A stretch of DNA of 64,000 nucleotides from positions 33,165,075 through 33,229,074 of the forward strand of contig NC_090376.1 of the NCBI RefSeq assembly GCF_036365525.1. The letters run 5' to 3'. Position numbers and translations under genes: made by a program. The first letter of the stretch is position 1, and each line of letters opens with the position of its first letter. Under the pieces are notes generated by a model. That model was not told the origin of the DNA. It made no database searches and saw only the letters and a list, made by a program, of their open reading frames with translations. Below, piece after piece: positions 49,381 to 61,019 of the stretch. This DNA is from Heterodontus francisci (taxonomy: Eukaryota).

Positions 49381-52300
49381 TTATGACTTTTATTCATTTA
49401 ATTCTGTTGCGTATCTTCAACAATTTTTGTTCTGTCTTGTGTGCATAATTTTTATTTCGTGCTTGTTTCTCAATTTATTGTTACAATAGAAAATATATAT
49501 ATAAAAAATCTTTTCATAGTGGAGTTGAGAATGGTGTAAATAATGGCCTTTGACTGCTACATAAATAAAAAAATGTGCATGCATTTAGGAATCAGAATCA
49601 ACACAATATCTGACATATATTAAGGCCAATATCCCTTAACGCAGTGCCCAGGGAACACATTGGCATAGAAATTCACATGAGCCTGCCTGCTGGAGCAAAG
49701 TGAGTTCAGGAATCTCTGTAATGGGACAAATAGACCTGAGGCCCACCTGACATTGGGCTTGTATCTGAGCTGACACACATCCCCAAGAAGATCACTAGCA
49801 AAGACTTTTTAGATTTTGGGCCACCACTTCTCTGGTGGTGGCCCTGTGATAGGAGAGGGAAGGGTGGTGAGGGAGGAGTGGAAAAGTGGGTGCAATTGGC
49901 AGAGTTGGTAGGAGTGACCAAGGATCAGGATCGAGGCAGTAACTAGGAGTGGAGTCGAGGCATTTCTGAAATAAAGATATTTTTTATTAATTCTTTCAAG
50001 TTACCAGGGTGTGCTGTGCAAAAAATTTATATATTTGTTGCTCTTTTTCTTGTTATGCAGAGTTGAACAAATAATGCGTAGCAATGTATAGCTTAGTAAC
50101 AAGTGTGACTTCAAACATTTTTGCTATATTTGAGAGAACAATGTTCCTTGTAAGACGGAAAAAATGCTTTCATTACTTGTTAGACTAACAGTTTCTAGAA
50201 AGTTTTTCACAAAAATTGACAAGTATGCAACAAATACAGAATTATTCAAGGTGGAAGCAATCTGTCTTCATCTGGTAGCCCCTTTCTCTCCTCAATATGT
50301 GTGGAAAATTGTTAAAGCGTTGATGATGTTATTGGCAAGTGTTGTGTTCTGCACAGTCTGGAAAGTGACAGATCTTTTCTGACTGTCCATATGTTTCAAT
50401 GATAAATGATGGGGAAATATCTACCATCCACAGGACAGACCTGAGACATTGATATGTGGATGAAACCCAATACTAGGTTGACGATAGTCTTCAATCTGAT
50501 AGAGTAGGGATTAGTCACAGCACATTCCTGCCCAGTCTTCCCTAAAATTCAAATTAACACATTGTTTGCTGTGAGCAGGAAAGAAACTGACTTGAAGCCA
50601 AGGGAGTACTTTATGCTTTCTATAGATTAGTAGCAGTGATCAAATAATACTGTTAAAACATCATTCATTCATTGATGAATGATCTGTGCAACATTTACTT
50701 AAATGTAGATTTTGCTGTTTTTTCTTCTTCTAAGGCTGTCAGTTGGTAAATAGCAAAGTTGTGATGGACAATCTCCTATTTGTTTCCGATACCTCATTGT
50801 ATATAGCTTTCATTCACATTGATTTAACACTCTTGACATTTGTCTCGTGGAGTCATTTGTGACAAAAGTCATTCATTTAAGTAGCAGCACATTTGTAACA
50901 CTTGTGCGCTAATTATTGAATGTTGTCAAGTCCAGGCTCACTTTATAGGGCACATTCCACCTTTACTTTGAAGGTTATAAATTGTGTTAAAGGGAATAAT
51001 AAAAAGCTAATGCTGCCAATGCAAGTAGTTTGAAGCTTGTAATGATCGTATCAAAGGAGCTTTACCTTAATTTTCATTTAAAAATATTATTGTGACTAAC
51101 AAAGTTCAGAAATGCCCACCAAAGACCTACAAAATTAATGGGATCAGGAGAAGTTCCTTCAATAGTGGGTGCCCAGACCTTGAAAGACATATGTGAGAGA
51201 AGAAAATTGGCCAGATGTTGCCAGTCTGGGGGAGAGGCGTGCTACCACACACAGTTGTAACAATGCTATTAATATTCCCTCAACTCCCTTTGTAAGTGAG
51301 TCATAATATTTCCAGATAAAGTCTTTGTTATTCAAGGGTCCAGGCCATATCGGATGACGGGCCTTTATGACTACATTCACTGAGCTTATGGTTTTCTCCT
51401 CCTACCCCAATATGTTCAGGTGGGGAGGGATGTGTGAATTCCAGGTTTGTTTGGGGTGGTTGGAGGCTGATCCACCCACAAGGCTGAACAGAAATTCTTA
51501 TGCAAGACTAGTGTCTGGTGTCTTGGGTCTGGGGTTAAATTTTATTATTTATGGGACACTCCCACTACTGTTAGGGCAGGTTCTACATGCCTGAATGAAT
51601 CAGGCATCCAGTACAGCCAGGCGGCAGAAGTAGGGCCTGCCACATTTGGAAAGTGGCCTGCTTAGTAAAGGGTCGATTCTTTGCAGCTCAAAGCTACTTC
51701 AGTTTCCTCCTCCCCCAACTAGAGAACGTCGCAGCTGCATTGAAACTGTCCCCCACACACTTTATTCAAATATTATCATATTGGGAATTTCAACAGGGTC
51801 AAGCAGGCTTAGCACTAGTGGACAGAAGCCCTGCCCCATTATGGTTGTTGTGATGGGGTGAATTGTGGATTTTCTGGGCCTACCACTTTTCCTAAGGACA
51901 ATGACAAGCAACAGGAGAGGGCCCTTCACTTTTTCAGATTGACTGGTTTTTCAAAAGTGTTGTCCTTACTAATGGAATCTATATGCCCATATCGGTTTGT
52001 TAAACCAATAAAATTGCAGTTATAACAGGAAGAGCTTCCATTCCATCAAAATGCAGGTTGTATGTGAACATCTGATGCCATGATTCATTTATTTTTTGCT
52101 ATTCTACAACGCCACTATTATTTTATGGTATTTCTGCCATAGGTGGATTGGCCTTGGGTAACCCGTGCCAGGAGTAGGAACAAACATAGAAACATAAAAA
52201 CAGGAGTCAGCCATTCAGCTCCTCAAGACTGTTCCACCATTGAAGCATTGAATCATGGCTGATTGTAACTTTTAGATATCGAGTTAATCGTCCATTATAC

Positions 52301-53052
52301 GGCATGCCCGATTTTCCTACCAAAGGAAAATTGAGACATGTATAACAGATAGCTGATCCAATACCATCCATCTTACACTATTGTTCAAAGTTAAAATTAA
52401 ACCTCGCTCTCCAGATCAGAACAGATCTAGCAGCTCAGAACTGGGCATCTATGAGGTGCTATGGGTTATTAGCAGCAGTAGAATTGTATTCAACTACAGT
52501 CTAACTCATGGCCTGGCATATCCATCACTCTACCATTACCATTTAGCCAGGGGACCAACCCTGACGAGCTCAATGAGCAGTGCAAGAGAGCATGCCAGGA
52601 GCAGCACCAGGCATACTTAAAAGTGAGGAGCCAATCTTGTGAAGCTACAACACATGACTACTTGCATGGTAAACAGTGGAAGCAGCATGCGGTAGAGCTA
52701 AGCAATCCCACAACCAACAGATCAGATCAAAACTCTGTAGTCCTGTCACATCCAGTCATGAATGGCGATGGATGATTAAACAACTAATGGAAAGAGGAGG
52801 CTCCACAAATATCCCAATCCTCAGTGATGGGGGAGCCCAGCACATCAACGCAAAAGACAAGGCTGAAGCATTTGCAACTATCTTTAGCCAGAAATGCTGA
52901 GTGGATGATTCATCTTGGCCTCCTCCTCAGCCCCCCAGCATCACAGATGCCAGTCTTCAGCCAGTTCAATTCACTCCACATGATATCAAATGGCTGAAGC
53001 CACTGGATTCTGCCAAGGCTATGGGCCCTGACAACATCCAGGCTGTAGTACT

Positions 53053-54287
53053 TGTTATGACCAGGTGAGGAAGGGGTCTAGGGCTCCTCTCTCAGCCATT
53101 TCCTGGTTTGGCCGTAACAGGGTTTAACTTTTAAAACACAGTATTTTCAGCTTCCCCTCAGTGAGTCCTTGCTCACTGATCTCTAATTGTTCTTTTCTTT
53201 CTTTTTCTTTTAGGCCTCCTTATCTCGAGAGACAATGGATACGCGCCTGGAGGTGGTCAGTGGTTTGTGAAGCAGCGCCTGGAGTGGCTATAAAGGCCAA
53301 TTCTGGAGTGACAGGCTCTTCCACAGGTGCTGCAGAGAAATTTGTTTGTTGGGGCTGTTGCACAGTTGGCTCTCCCCTTGCGCCTCTGTCTTTTTTCCTG
53401 CCAACTACTAAATCTCTTCGACTCGCCACAATTTAGCCCTGTCTTTATGGCTGCCCGCCAGCTCTGGCGAATGCTGGCAACTGACTCCCACGACTTGTGA
53501 TCAATGTCACACGATTTCATGTCGCGTTTGCAGACGTCTTTATAACGGAGACATGGACGGCCGGTGGGTCTGATACCAGTGGCGAGCTCGTTGTACAATG
53601 TGTCTTTGGGGATCCTGCCATCTTCCATGCGGCTCACATGGCCAAGCCATCTCAAGCGCCGCTGACTCAGTAGTGTGTATAAGCTGGGGGTGTTGGCCGC
53701 TTCAAGGACTTCTGTGTTGGAGATATAGTCCTGCCACCTGATGCCAAGTATTCTCCGAAGGCAGCGAAGATGGAATGAAGATGGATTGTAATTGTGAAGA
53801 AATTAACCAGACAGGTTTTCTCAGATTTAAACAAGAAAGGTGTAAGTTTATTAACCTTAAAATTCTAATTCAGTTAAAACTACTAAAAATACATGACCCG
53901 ACCATGCCAGCAGGTTAGTCATGTGACTAGCTTTTTGCTTGAGACAGCCTCGCCTGTGAGGTTTGTGGATTCATCACAACTTACCAGACACTCTCAGTGG
54001 CCGGGGGGGTGCAGGGGCAGGCGGGCGGGGGTGGAATGGTGGCTGTTACACATTCAATGACGCTTAATGTCTCTTCATCATCACTATTGACAAAACCCAC
54101 CTGGCTAATTGAATATGTTGTCTCTCCATGCCACTGTCTTTTAGAATGCAAATCTGCAGCCATGTTTTCAGCACTGTTCTGTAGTCTTTTTAAACAAGTT
54201 ATTTCAATATCCAGTAACAGTTCAAAAATAATGTTCCATCTGATGAAATTAATATGTTTCATTTTGGCAGGTGTGGTTTCCGTCACG
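53053..54287 (-). mobile_element. Solo LTR (family A) containing an RTE fragment
   Basis: TSD TACT (53049-53052, 54288-54291); ends match the reverse complement of 33766-35174. Confidence 0.8.
53191..53788 (-). mobile_element. RTE LINE 3' fragment
   Basis: Near-identical to 15690-16258; TSD TAATTGT (53184-53190, 53789-53795). Confidence 0.92.
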
Positions 54288-55661
54288 TACTGAAGAGTTG
54301 TGCTGCAGAACTAGCCGCACCCCTAGCCACGCTGTTCCAGTACAGCTACACCACTGGCTTCTAACCAGCAATGTGGAAAATTGCTCAGGTATGTTCTATC
54401 CACAAAATGTAGGACAACCCCATCTGGTCTATTACCCCTTCATCAGCCTACTCGTAATAATCAGCAATGTGACAGAAAGCGTTATTGACAGTTCTATCAA
54501 ATGGCACTTACTTAGCAATATCCCACTCACCGATGCTCAGTTTGGGTTCTGCCAGGGCCAGTCAGCTCCTGACCTCATTACAGCCTTGGTCCAAACATGG
54601 ACAAACATGGACAAAAAGGTGACTGCCCTTGACATCAGACAGCATTTGACTGAGTGTGGCAAGAAGCTCTGGGAATCAGGGGGAAAACTCATCACTGGCT
54701 GGAGTCATACCTCGCACAAAGGAGGATTGTTGTGGTTGTTGGAGGTCAATCATCTCAGCCGCAGGACATCATTGCTGGAGTTCCAGCCATCTTCAGTTGC
54801 TTCGTCAATGGCCTTCCTTCAATCATAAGGTCAGATGTGTGAATGCTTGCTGATTGCACAGCATTCAGTTCCATTCATAACTCCCCAGATACTGAAGCAG
54901 TGTGTGCCCGCATGCAGCAAGACTTGGACAATATTCAGTCTTGGGCTGATAAGTGGCAAGTAATAATCACACCACACAAGTGTCAGGCAATGACCATCTC
55001 CAACAAGAGAAAATCTAACCATCTCCCCTTGACATTCAAGAACATTACCATTGCTAAATCCCCCCACCATCAACATTCTGGGGCCACCATTGATCAGAAA
55101 CTTAACTGGACTAGCCATATGAATACTGTGGCTACAAGAGCAGGTCAGAGGCTGGAAATTCTCCAGAGATAACTCTCCTCCTGACTCCCTAAAGCCTGTC
55201 CAACATCTACAAGGCACAAGTCAGGAGTGTGATGGAATACTCTGCACTTGCCTGGATGAGTGCAGCTCCAACAACACTCAAGAAGTTTGACACCATCCAG
55301 GACAAAGCAGCTCACTTGATTGGTACCCCATCCACCACCTTCAACATTCACTCCCTCCACCACTGGTGCACAGTGGCAGCAGTGTGTACCATCTACAATA
55401 TCCTTTCAGCAACTGGCCAAGCCTCCTTTGACAGCGCCTTTCAAACCCATGCCCTCTACCACCTAAAAGGAATAAGGGCAGAGATGCATGGGAACGCCAG
55501 TAGTTTTCCCTCCAAGCCACATACCATTCTGACTTGGAACTATATTACCGTTCCTCCACTGTTGCTGAGTCAAAATACTGAAACTCCCTCACTAACTGCA
55601 CTGTGTCTTCCTACGCTGTGATGTCCTTGGGACTGGAGTGATATTTAGCCAAGTTTCGTCT

Positions 55662-55980
55662 GGGGTGGCACAGTGGTGCAGTGGTTAGCACCGCAGCCTC
55701 ACAGCTCCAGCGACCCGGGTTCAATTCTGGGTGCTGCCTGTGTGAAATTTGCAAGTTCTCCCTGTGTCTGTGTGGGTTTCCTCCGGGTGCTCCGGTTTCT
55801 TCCCACATGCCAAAGACTTGCAGGTTGGTAGGTTAATTGGCCATTATAAATTGCCCCTAGTATAGGTAGGTGATAGGGATATGGGATTAGTGTAGGATTA
55901 GTATAAATGGGTGGTTGATGTTTGGCACAGACTCGGTGGGCCGAAGGGCCTGTTTCAGTGCTGTATCTCTAAACTAAATA
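55662..55980 (+). mobile_element. HE1-type V-SINE
   Basis: Same head, V-domain and tail as 32835-33190. Confidence 0.93.
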
Positions 55981-56104
55981 ATTCAGTGAGCAGTCAGGGC
56001 AGGGTCACGGAAACTCTCTTCAATAGAATTGCAGAGCTCATCAACTTTGGCATTGCACCCAGCCTCAGAGGGAGAGAACCAGAGAGTTCTACCACAGTGG
56101 GATA

Positions 56105-56500
56105 AGGGGTCAGCCATTTAGGGCAGAGATGAGAAATTTTTTCACTTAGAAGGTTGTGAATCTTTGGAATTCTGTGCCCCAGATTGCTGTGAATACTTAG
56201 TCGGTGATTATATTCAAGGCAGGGATCGATAGATTTTTGGAAACTTGAGGAATATGGGGATAGGGCAGGAAAGTGGAGTTGAGGTAGAAGATCAGCCAGG
56301 ATCTTACTGAATAGTGGAGCAAGCTCGAGGGGCCAAGTGGCCTACGCCTGCTCCTCTTTCTTATGTTCTTATTACTGAATTCCCCCAGGAGCAGTGTTGC
56401 CAAAGATGACACTTCTTTGGCATTGAAGGCATCAGCAATACAACCTTTCACATTCGTGAACAGGAAGGGCTTCCATTCATTAAACTTTCATATTGTCTGC
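56105..56500 (+). mobile_element. CR1 3' tail (56105-56370) followed by a Harbinger transposase fragment (56385-56500)
   Basis: CR1 tail motif, then FVNRKGFHSLNFHIVC. Confidence 0.65.
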
Positions 56501-56949
56501 TGTGTTATGCTACTGCTGCTGATTTTGAAGAAAATGATTTGGCTGTTTTAATATGAACGTAACCATTTTATATATATTCAGATCAACAACAAAAAAAATG
56601 CATCAAAAGTAACCTGCAGCACAAAAGAGCAACCCTCTGCACACAATTGGGCAGAACAAATTGTCCTTCTGGTCCACACATTTTATGTGAGCGGCAAGCC
56701 CAATTACAAAATGGTGTGAGAGTAAAATAGTAATTTTTCCAGTATAGACTGGGTGAGATTGCAGGATGTCCAATCCCTGCACGCTTCAGCTGTGCCCATG
56801 TGGGAATGATCCCCACATGTGTGCTATTTTCCCCATGGCAGATTGCTGGGCTCCTCAGTGTTTGGAGAAACTGGCTCCAAATTAAAACGGAGCAGCTGGA
56901 CTCTGATACTCAGATATTACTTGATCAGATCATTTCTTGCTGTATATCG

Positions 56950-58112
56950 TGCAAACTTATGAACGGGCCTAAGGCCATCATTTTCCACACTGGAAAGTGC
57001 CCAGTCTAATTCAAATTACCCTGAAAGGGTAATGTATCCCAAAACTTTGAACAACAGGTGAAGCTAGCTGTTTCACGCTGCTATTATGCAGTCGCAACTC
57101 ATGTGGTGTTCGCCACTAACAGGATGCTGACATCAAGCCAAAAAGACATCCTGCCCATTACACAAATGAATAATGTGATATATGAATTTCAATGCCAGTG
57201 TAATGTAGACAATGCAGAAGGTTCTGATACAGACTATTAATTCTCTGAACAAGAACTGCTGCACCAGGGGTCGATGGTGAGCAAGCCTTCTGATAGTGTA
57301 AGTGACTACTGCAGCTATAGTGAGAAGCCCAGAATATTTTAAATGTATATGTACTTGAAGAAAAATGAATGTGATAAATGTTATTGTTTGATTTTAATTT
57401 CAACTATAAGCAGGTTTAAGAAAAAAATACATTTCTCATCCTGGTATTTTGCTTTTATAGGCCATACGTCCCAAAGACTGGCAGATCGTATCAAACAACA
57501 TGTCCCCTTCTGCTGTTCGCAATGGGCAAGGTACAGGCCGTACCCAACCATCCCATGCTAACAAAACTCAAAACACAGTGTCCAACATCAGTTGCGATTC
57601 CGCGATTGGACAAAATTTGCTAAACAATCCTCAATGTGCTAATAATTATGCTGACAACCAATTAAAAATTGTCAGTAGGGCTTGCAGTGTGGCACATTGT
57701 GTGTACTGGAAGCTACATATATTAATATATAGGACACTTTTGTTTGCGGACAGAAAGAACATGTACAGACATTGTGCTTGTTTCAGCTAAGCAAAATAAG
57801 TAACAGCCATTCACTGGTTCATTCCTGGGCAATGCCTTGACCAATCAGAGTCAAGCTCTCTGGTTTAAATTTCAAACAAAGCTTGGCAGTAAACTGTCAG
57901 TCACCGTAAACTGGTGCATTCTCCATGGCAACTCCTCTACCAATCAGAGTTCACTTGCCAACCAATCAGTACTCTCTTCTCATACAGTATAAAGTTGTTG
58001 TTTTCCCTTACATTGGTATTCTTGTGGATTGTTCTGATGAGTGCAAGACAAAAAGCTTTGACACCATGTCTCTATTTTCAGCAATACTCAAGTTCTGTGC
58101 TACCAAACGACG
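56950..58112 (+). mobile_element. Penelope-like element 3' part: GIY-YIG endonuclease and degenerate hammerhead (58030-58063)
   Basis: NVIYEFQCQC..IGHTSQRLADRIKQHVP..SAIGQNL..KIVSRA; tgtt CTGATGA gt-gcaag-ac aAAA agct tt gaca. Confidence 0.85.
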
Positions 58113-58849
58113 ATTATACTTTAATTATCAGATGTAACAAAGATGGGTCTCATGACTCCTCTGAGTAGTCCTTTCAGCATGTATAGTCCCAAATTACAGA
58201 CACACAGTTCTTCAAAACCCTGAACTTCCTCAGGTCAGTCTCCAGATCCTGTCTTCCAAGATGCAGCCACAATTACCAACTGACAACATGATCGCTTTAA
58301 TCCCAAACTCCACAGGTACAGTCTTCACCAAAAGAAAAAGGGCATACTTCTCCAGAACCTTTTCAGTTCTCCTCAAAACAGGCTTGACAGCATGGATTCC
58401 CAGTGTCACCAGTATCCGTGCCCTTCAGGAACAACCCTGTGCAGTATATGGCTGGGACTGGTTAATCAGTTCATCTGAATAACAGAAACCGCTCCTAGAT
58501 CCAGTCTTCAATTTCAATTAGGCTGTAAAACAAAACCTTCCTGCTGTCTCAGCTTGGATGGCACTATCTCAGCCTTTTATCTGGTCCCAACTAGTTTTAG
58601 TTACCTCAGTAACGTGAAGTATTTGTTTAAAAAAAAGACACAATCTTTTGTGACCAGGGTCAATGCACCTGCCAGAGCATTCAACAAGCCATCTGTTCAG
58701 ATCAGAGTTTGCACCCAATTTCCCATGGTTCCTGCAGACCGCAGATTCCATCACCATGTTAAAGAGGCTATGACGTTATTCAAAGAAAAGCAAAGAGTTC
58801 TCCCAATGTCCTGCCAACATTGACCCTCAAACATCTGTCAATAACTTTC

Positions 58850-59247
58850 CCATTTGATCAGCACTCCATTCACAACCTTAAATATTCACTCCCTCTACCA
58901 CCAATGCAGTAGCAGCAATGTCTACCATCTACAAGATGCACTGCAGCAACTCACCAAGGCTCCGTTAACAGTACCTTCCAAACCCACTACCTCTACCATT
59001 TAGAAGGACGAGGGCAGCAGATGCATGGGAATGCCAACACCTGCAAGTTCTCCTCCAATCCACACACCATCCTGGCTTGGAACTATATTGCTGTTCCTTC
59101 ACTTTGCTGGGTGAAAAACCAGGAACTCCCCTCCTAACAGTACTGTGGGTGTACCTTCACTATTTGCCATTGAAGGCTGCTCATCACCACCTTCTCAAGG
59201 ACAATTAGGGATGGGCAGTGACGCTCACATTCCATGAATGAATAAAT
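58850..59247 (+). mobile_element. CR1-superfamily LINE (family B) 3' end
   Basis: Homologous to 9390-9806. Confidence 0.8.
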
Positions 59248-59384
59248 TACAAACATAATGGTCACTGCATTTCAAATGTAATTCATTATATAGGAAGTGC
59301 CTTGAGTTGTTCTGAGAGATGTGATAAGATGCTATCTATTTAATTAAAGTGCTTTCTTCCAGATCGTGGAGGATTACTTACAGT

Positions 59385-59826
59385 GTCAGGTAGTAGCACT
59401 CTTGTCTTTGAGTTACAAGGTTCTAGTCCCACTCTAGGGTTTGAGTACAAAAAAAATCAACGCTGATACTCTACAGGGTAATACTGAAGAAGCACTGTGC
59501 TGTCTTTTGGATAAGGCATTAAACTGAGGCCCCATCTGCTTGTTCGGATGGATATAAAAGATCCCATGGCACTATTTCACAGAAGAGCAGGGGAGTTATC
59601 CCCAGTGTCCTGGCCAATATTTATCCCTCAATCAACATCACAAAAACAGATTATCCAGTCATTATCACATTGCTGTTTTTGGGAGTTTGCTGTGTGCATA
59701 CTGGCTGCTGTGTTTCCCACATTACAACAGTGACTACACTTCAAAAACTTCAAATTGGCCATAAAGTGTTTGGAGACATCCGGTGGTTGTGAAAGGCACT
59801 ATATAAATGCAAATCTTTCTTTTTTC
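59385..59826 (+). mobile_element. Deu-domain SINE (SacSINE1-like)
   Basis: gatataaaagatcccatggcactattt..gaagagcaggggag..cctggccaatattta core and ctatataaatgcaa tail. Confidence 0.75.
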
Positions 59827-61019
59827 TTTTTTACTTACATAGATAAAGCAAAACAGTCTTGGCAACTCTGTGTGTGGCTGTAACCAAGAACCCATGACAT
59901 AGCACTTAGTGTTACAGCTGAGTGAATTGTAAGCAGTATTACACTGAAATACTCATTACTGTAATGCAGTAATCCTACAAAATCCTCTTCTGAAAAGTTT
60001 AAAGACAGTGAACTTTAGGAATAGGAACTAAAGTGTATTAAACATTTGTTTCCTATCAATAACAATTAGTATGCATTGTATTTCTTTTCTATTAGAATGG
60101 TATTGAGTTATGGTAACAATCTCCACATAGATTTTTAAGATACTGCAGTTGATTTGTTGAACATTAGCAAGATTCCAATACATGTCAAGAACATAAAGGT
60201 TTTGTGAGGGATTAAATTATTCAGTGACATCGCTCACCCATGAGTTTTTGATGAAAGTTCAAGACTCACTGAATTCTTTCCAATTACATTATATAAACTG
60301 AATTCTGGCAATGGACTGAATACACCACGCACAATAGGTATGAGAATTGATTTTTTTTAGTGGATTACTAGTAACTTAGGTTCTTGAGAACAGTCTTGAG
60401 ACGCTCATGTAATTCCAAGCAGTTCATTCATGCAGAAAGGCACTGAGAGATTACTCTTTTAGAAAGTACATATATAGCTCCTCAGATTGATATAAGCTTC
60501 TCAAAATCATCTACAATATTGTTTCTTTGGTAAAAATGTTCCTGATGATGACATTAGCTTTTAGAAAATCGTTACAAAGTTTTTGTATTGATGTCTCAAG
60601 TACCTGAATTCTCCACAAATAGATTCCTTCATTTAACAATATCAATGCAAAGGAGGGATGAACAATTTAGGGTATGGGATTAAATAAAATGGAGCAGAAT
60701 AAAAGATTTGAGTGTGTTTGCTAGCCAAATACTGAATACTTGCTGTTTCCCCCATGGTGCTGGACAGGGGGAGTTAAAGAAAAGCCTTTCACAACCTCAA
60801 GATCTACTAAAGCATTTTACAGCCAATGAAGCACTTTTGAGTTGTTGCCCCCGTTGTAATGTAGGAAACCTGACACACGGTAAGATCTCACAAACAGCAA
60901 TGCGATAAAGACCAGACAATTCTGAGAGTTAGTTCATCTATTTGCCTTCCCTTTCACCCCATCTGTTCTTGCTCACTTGTGCTTGATGCATTATCCAGTG
61001 CGCACGGCGAAATTTCACT

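Larger units (their letters stand above)
52420..55615 (+). mobile_element. CR1-superfamily LINE (family B) interrupted by a solo LTR
   Basis: KAEAFATIFSQKC, KAMGPDNI..VLK.CAAELA (restored across the LTR), RT C-terminus as at 10985-12113. Confidence 0.85.
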
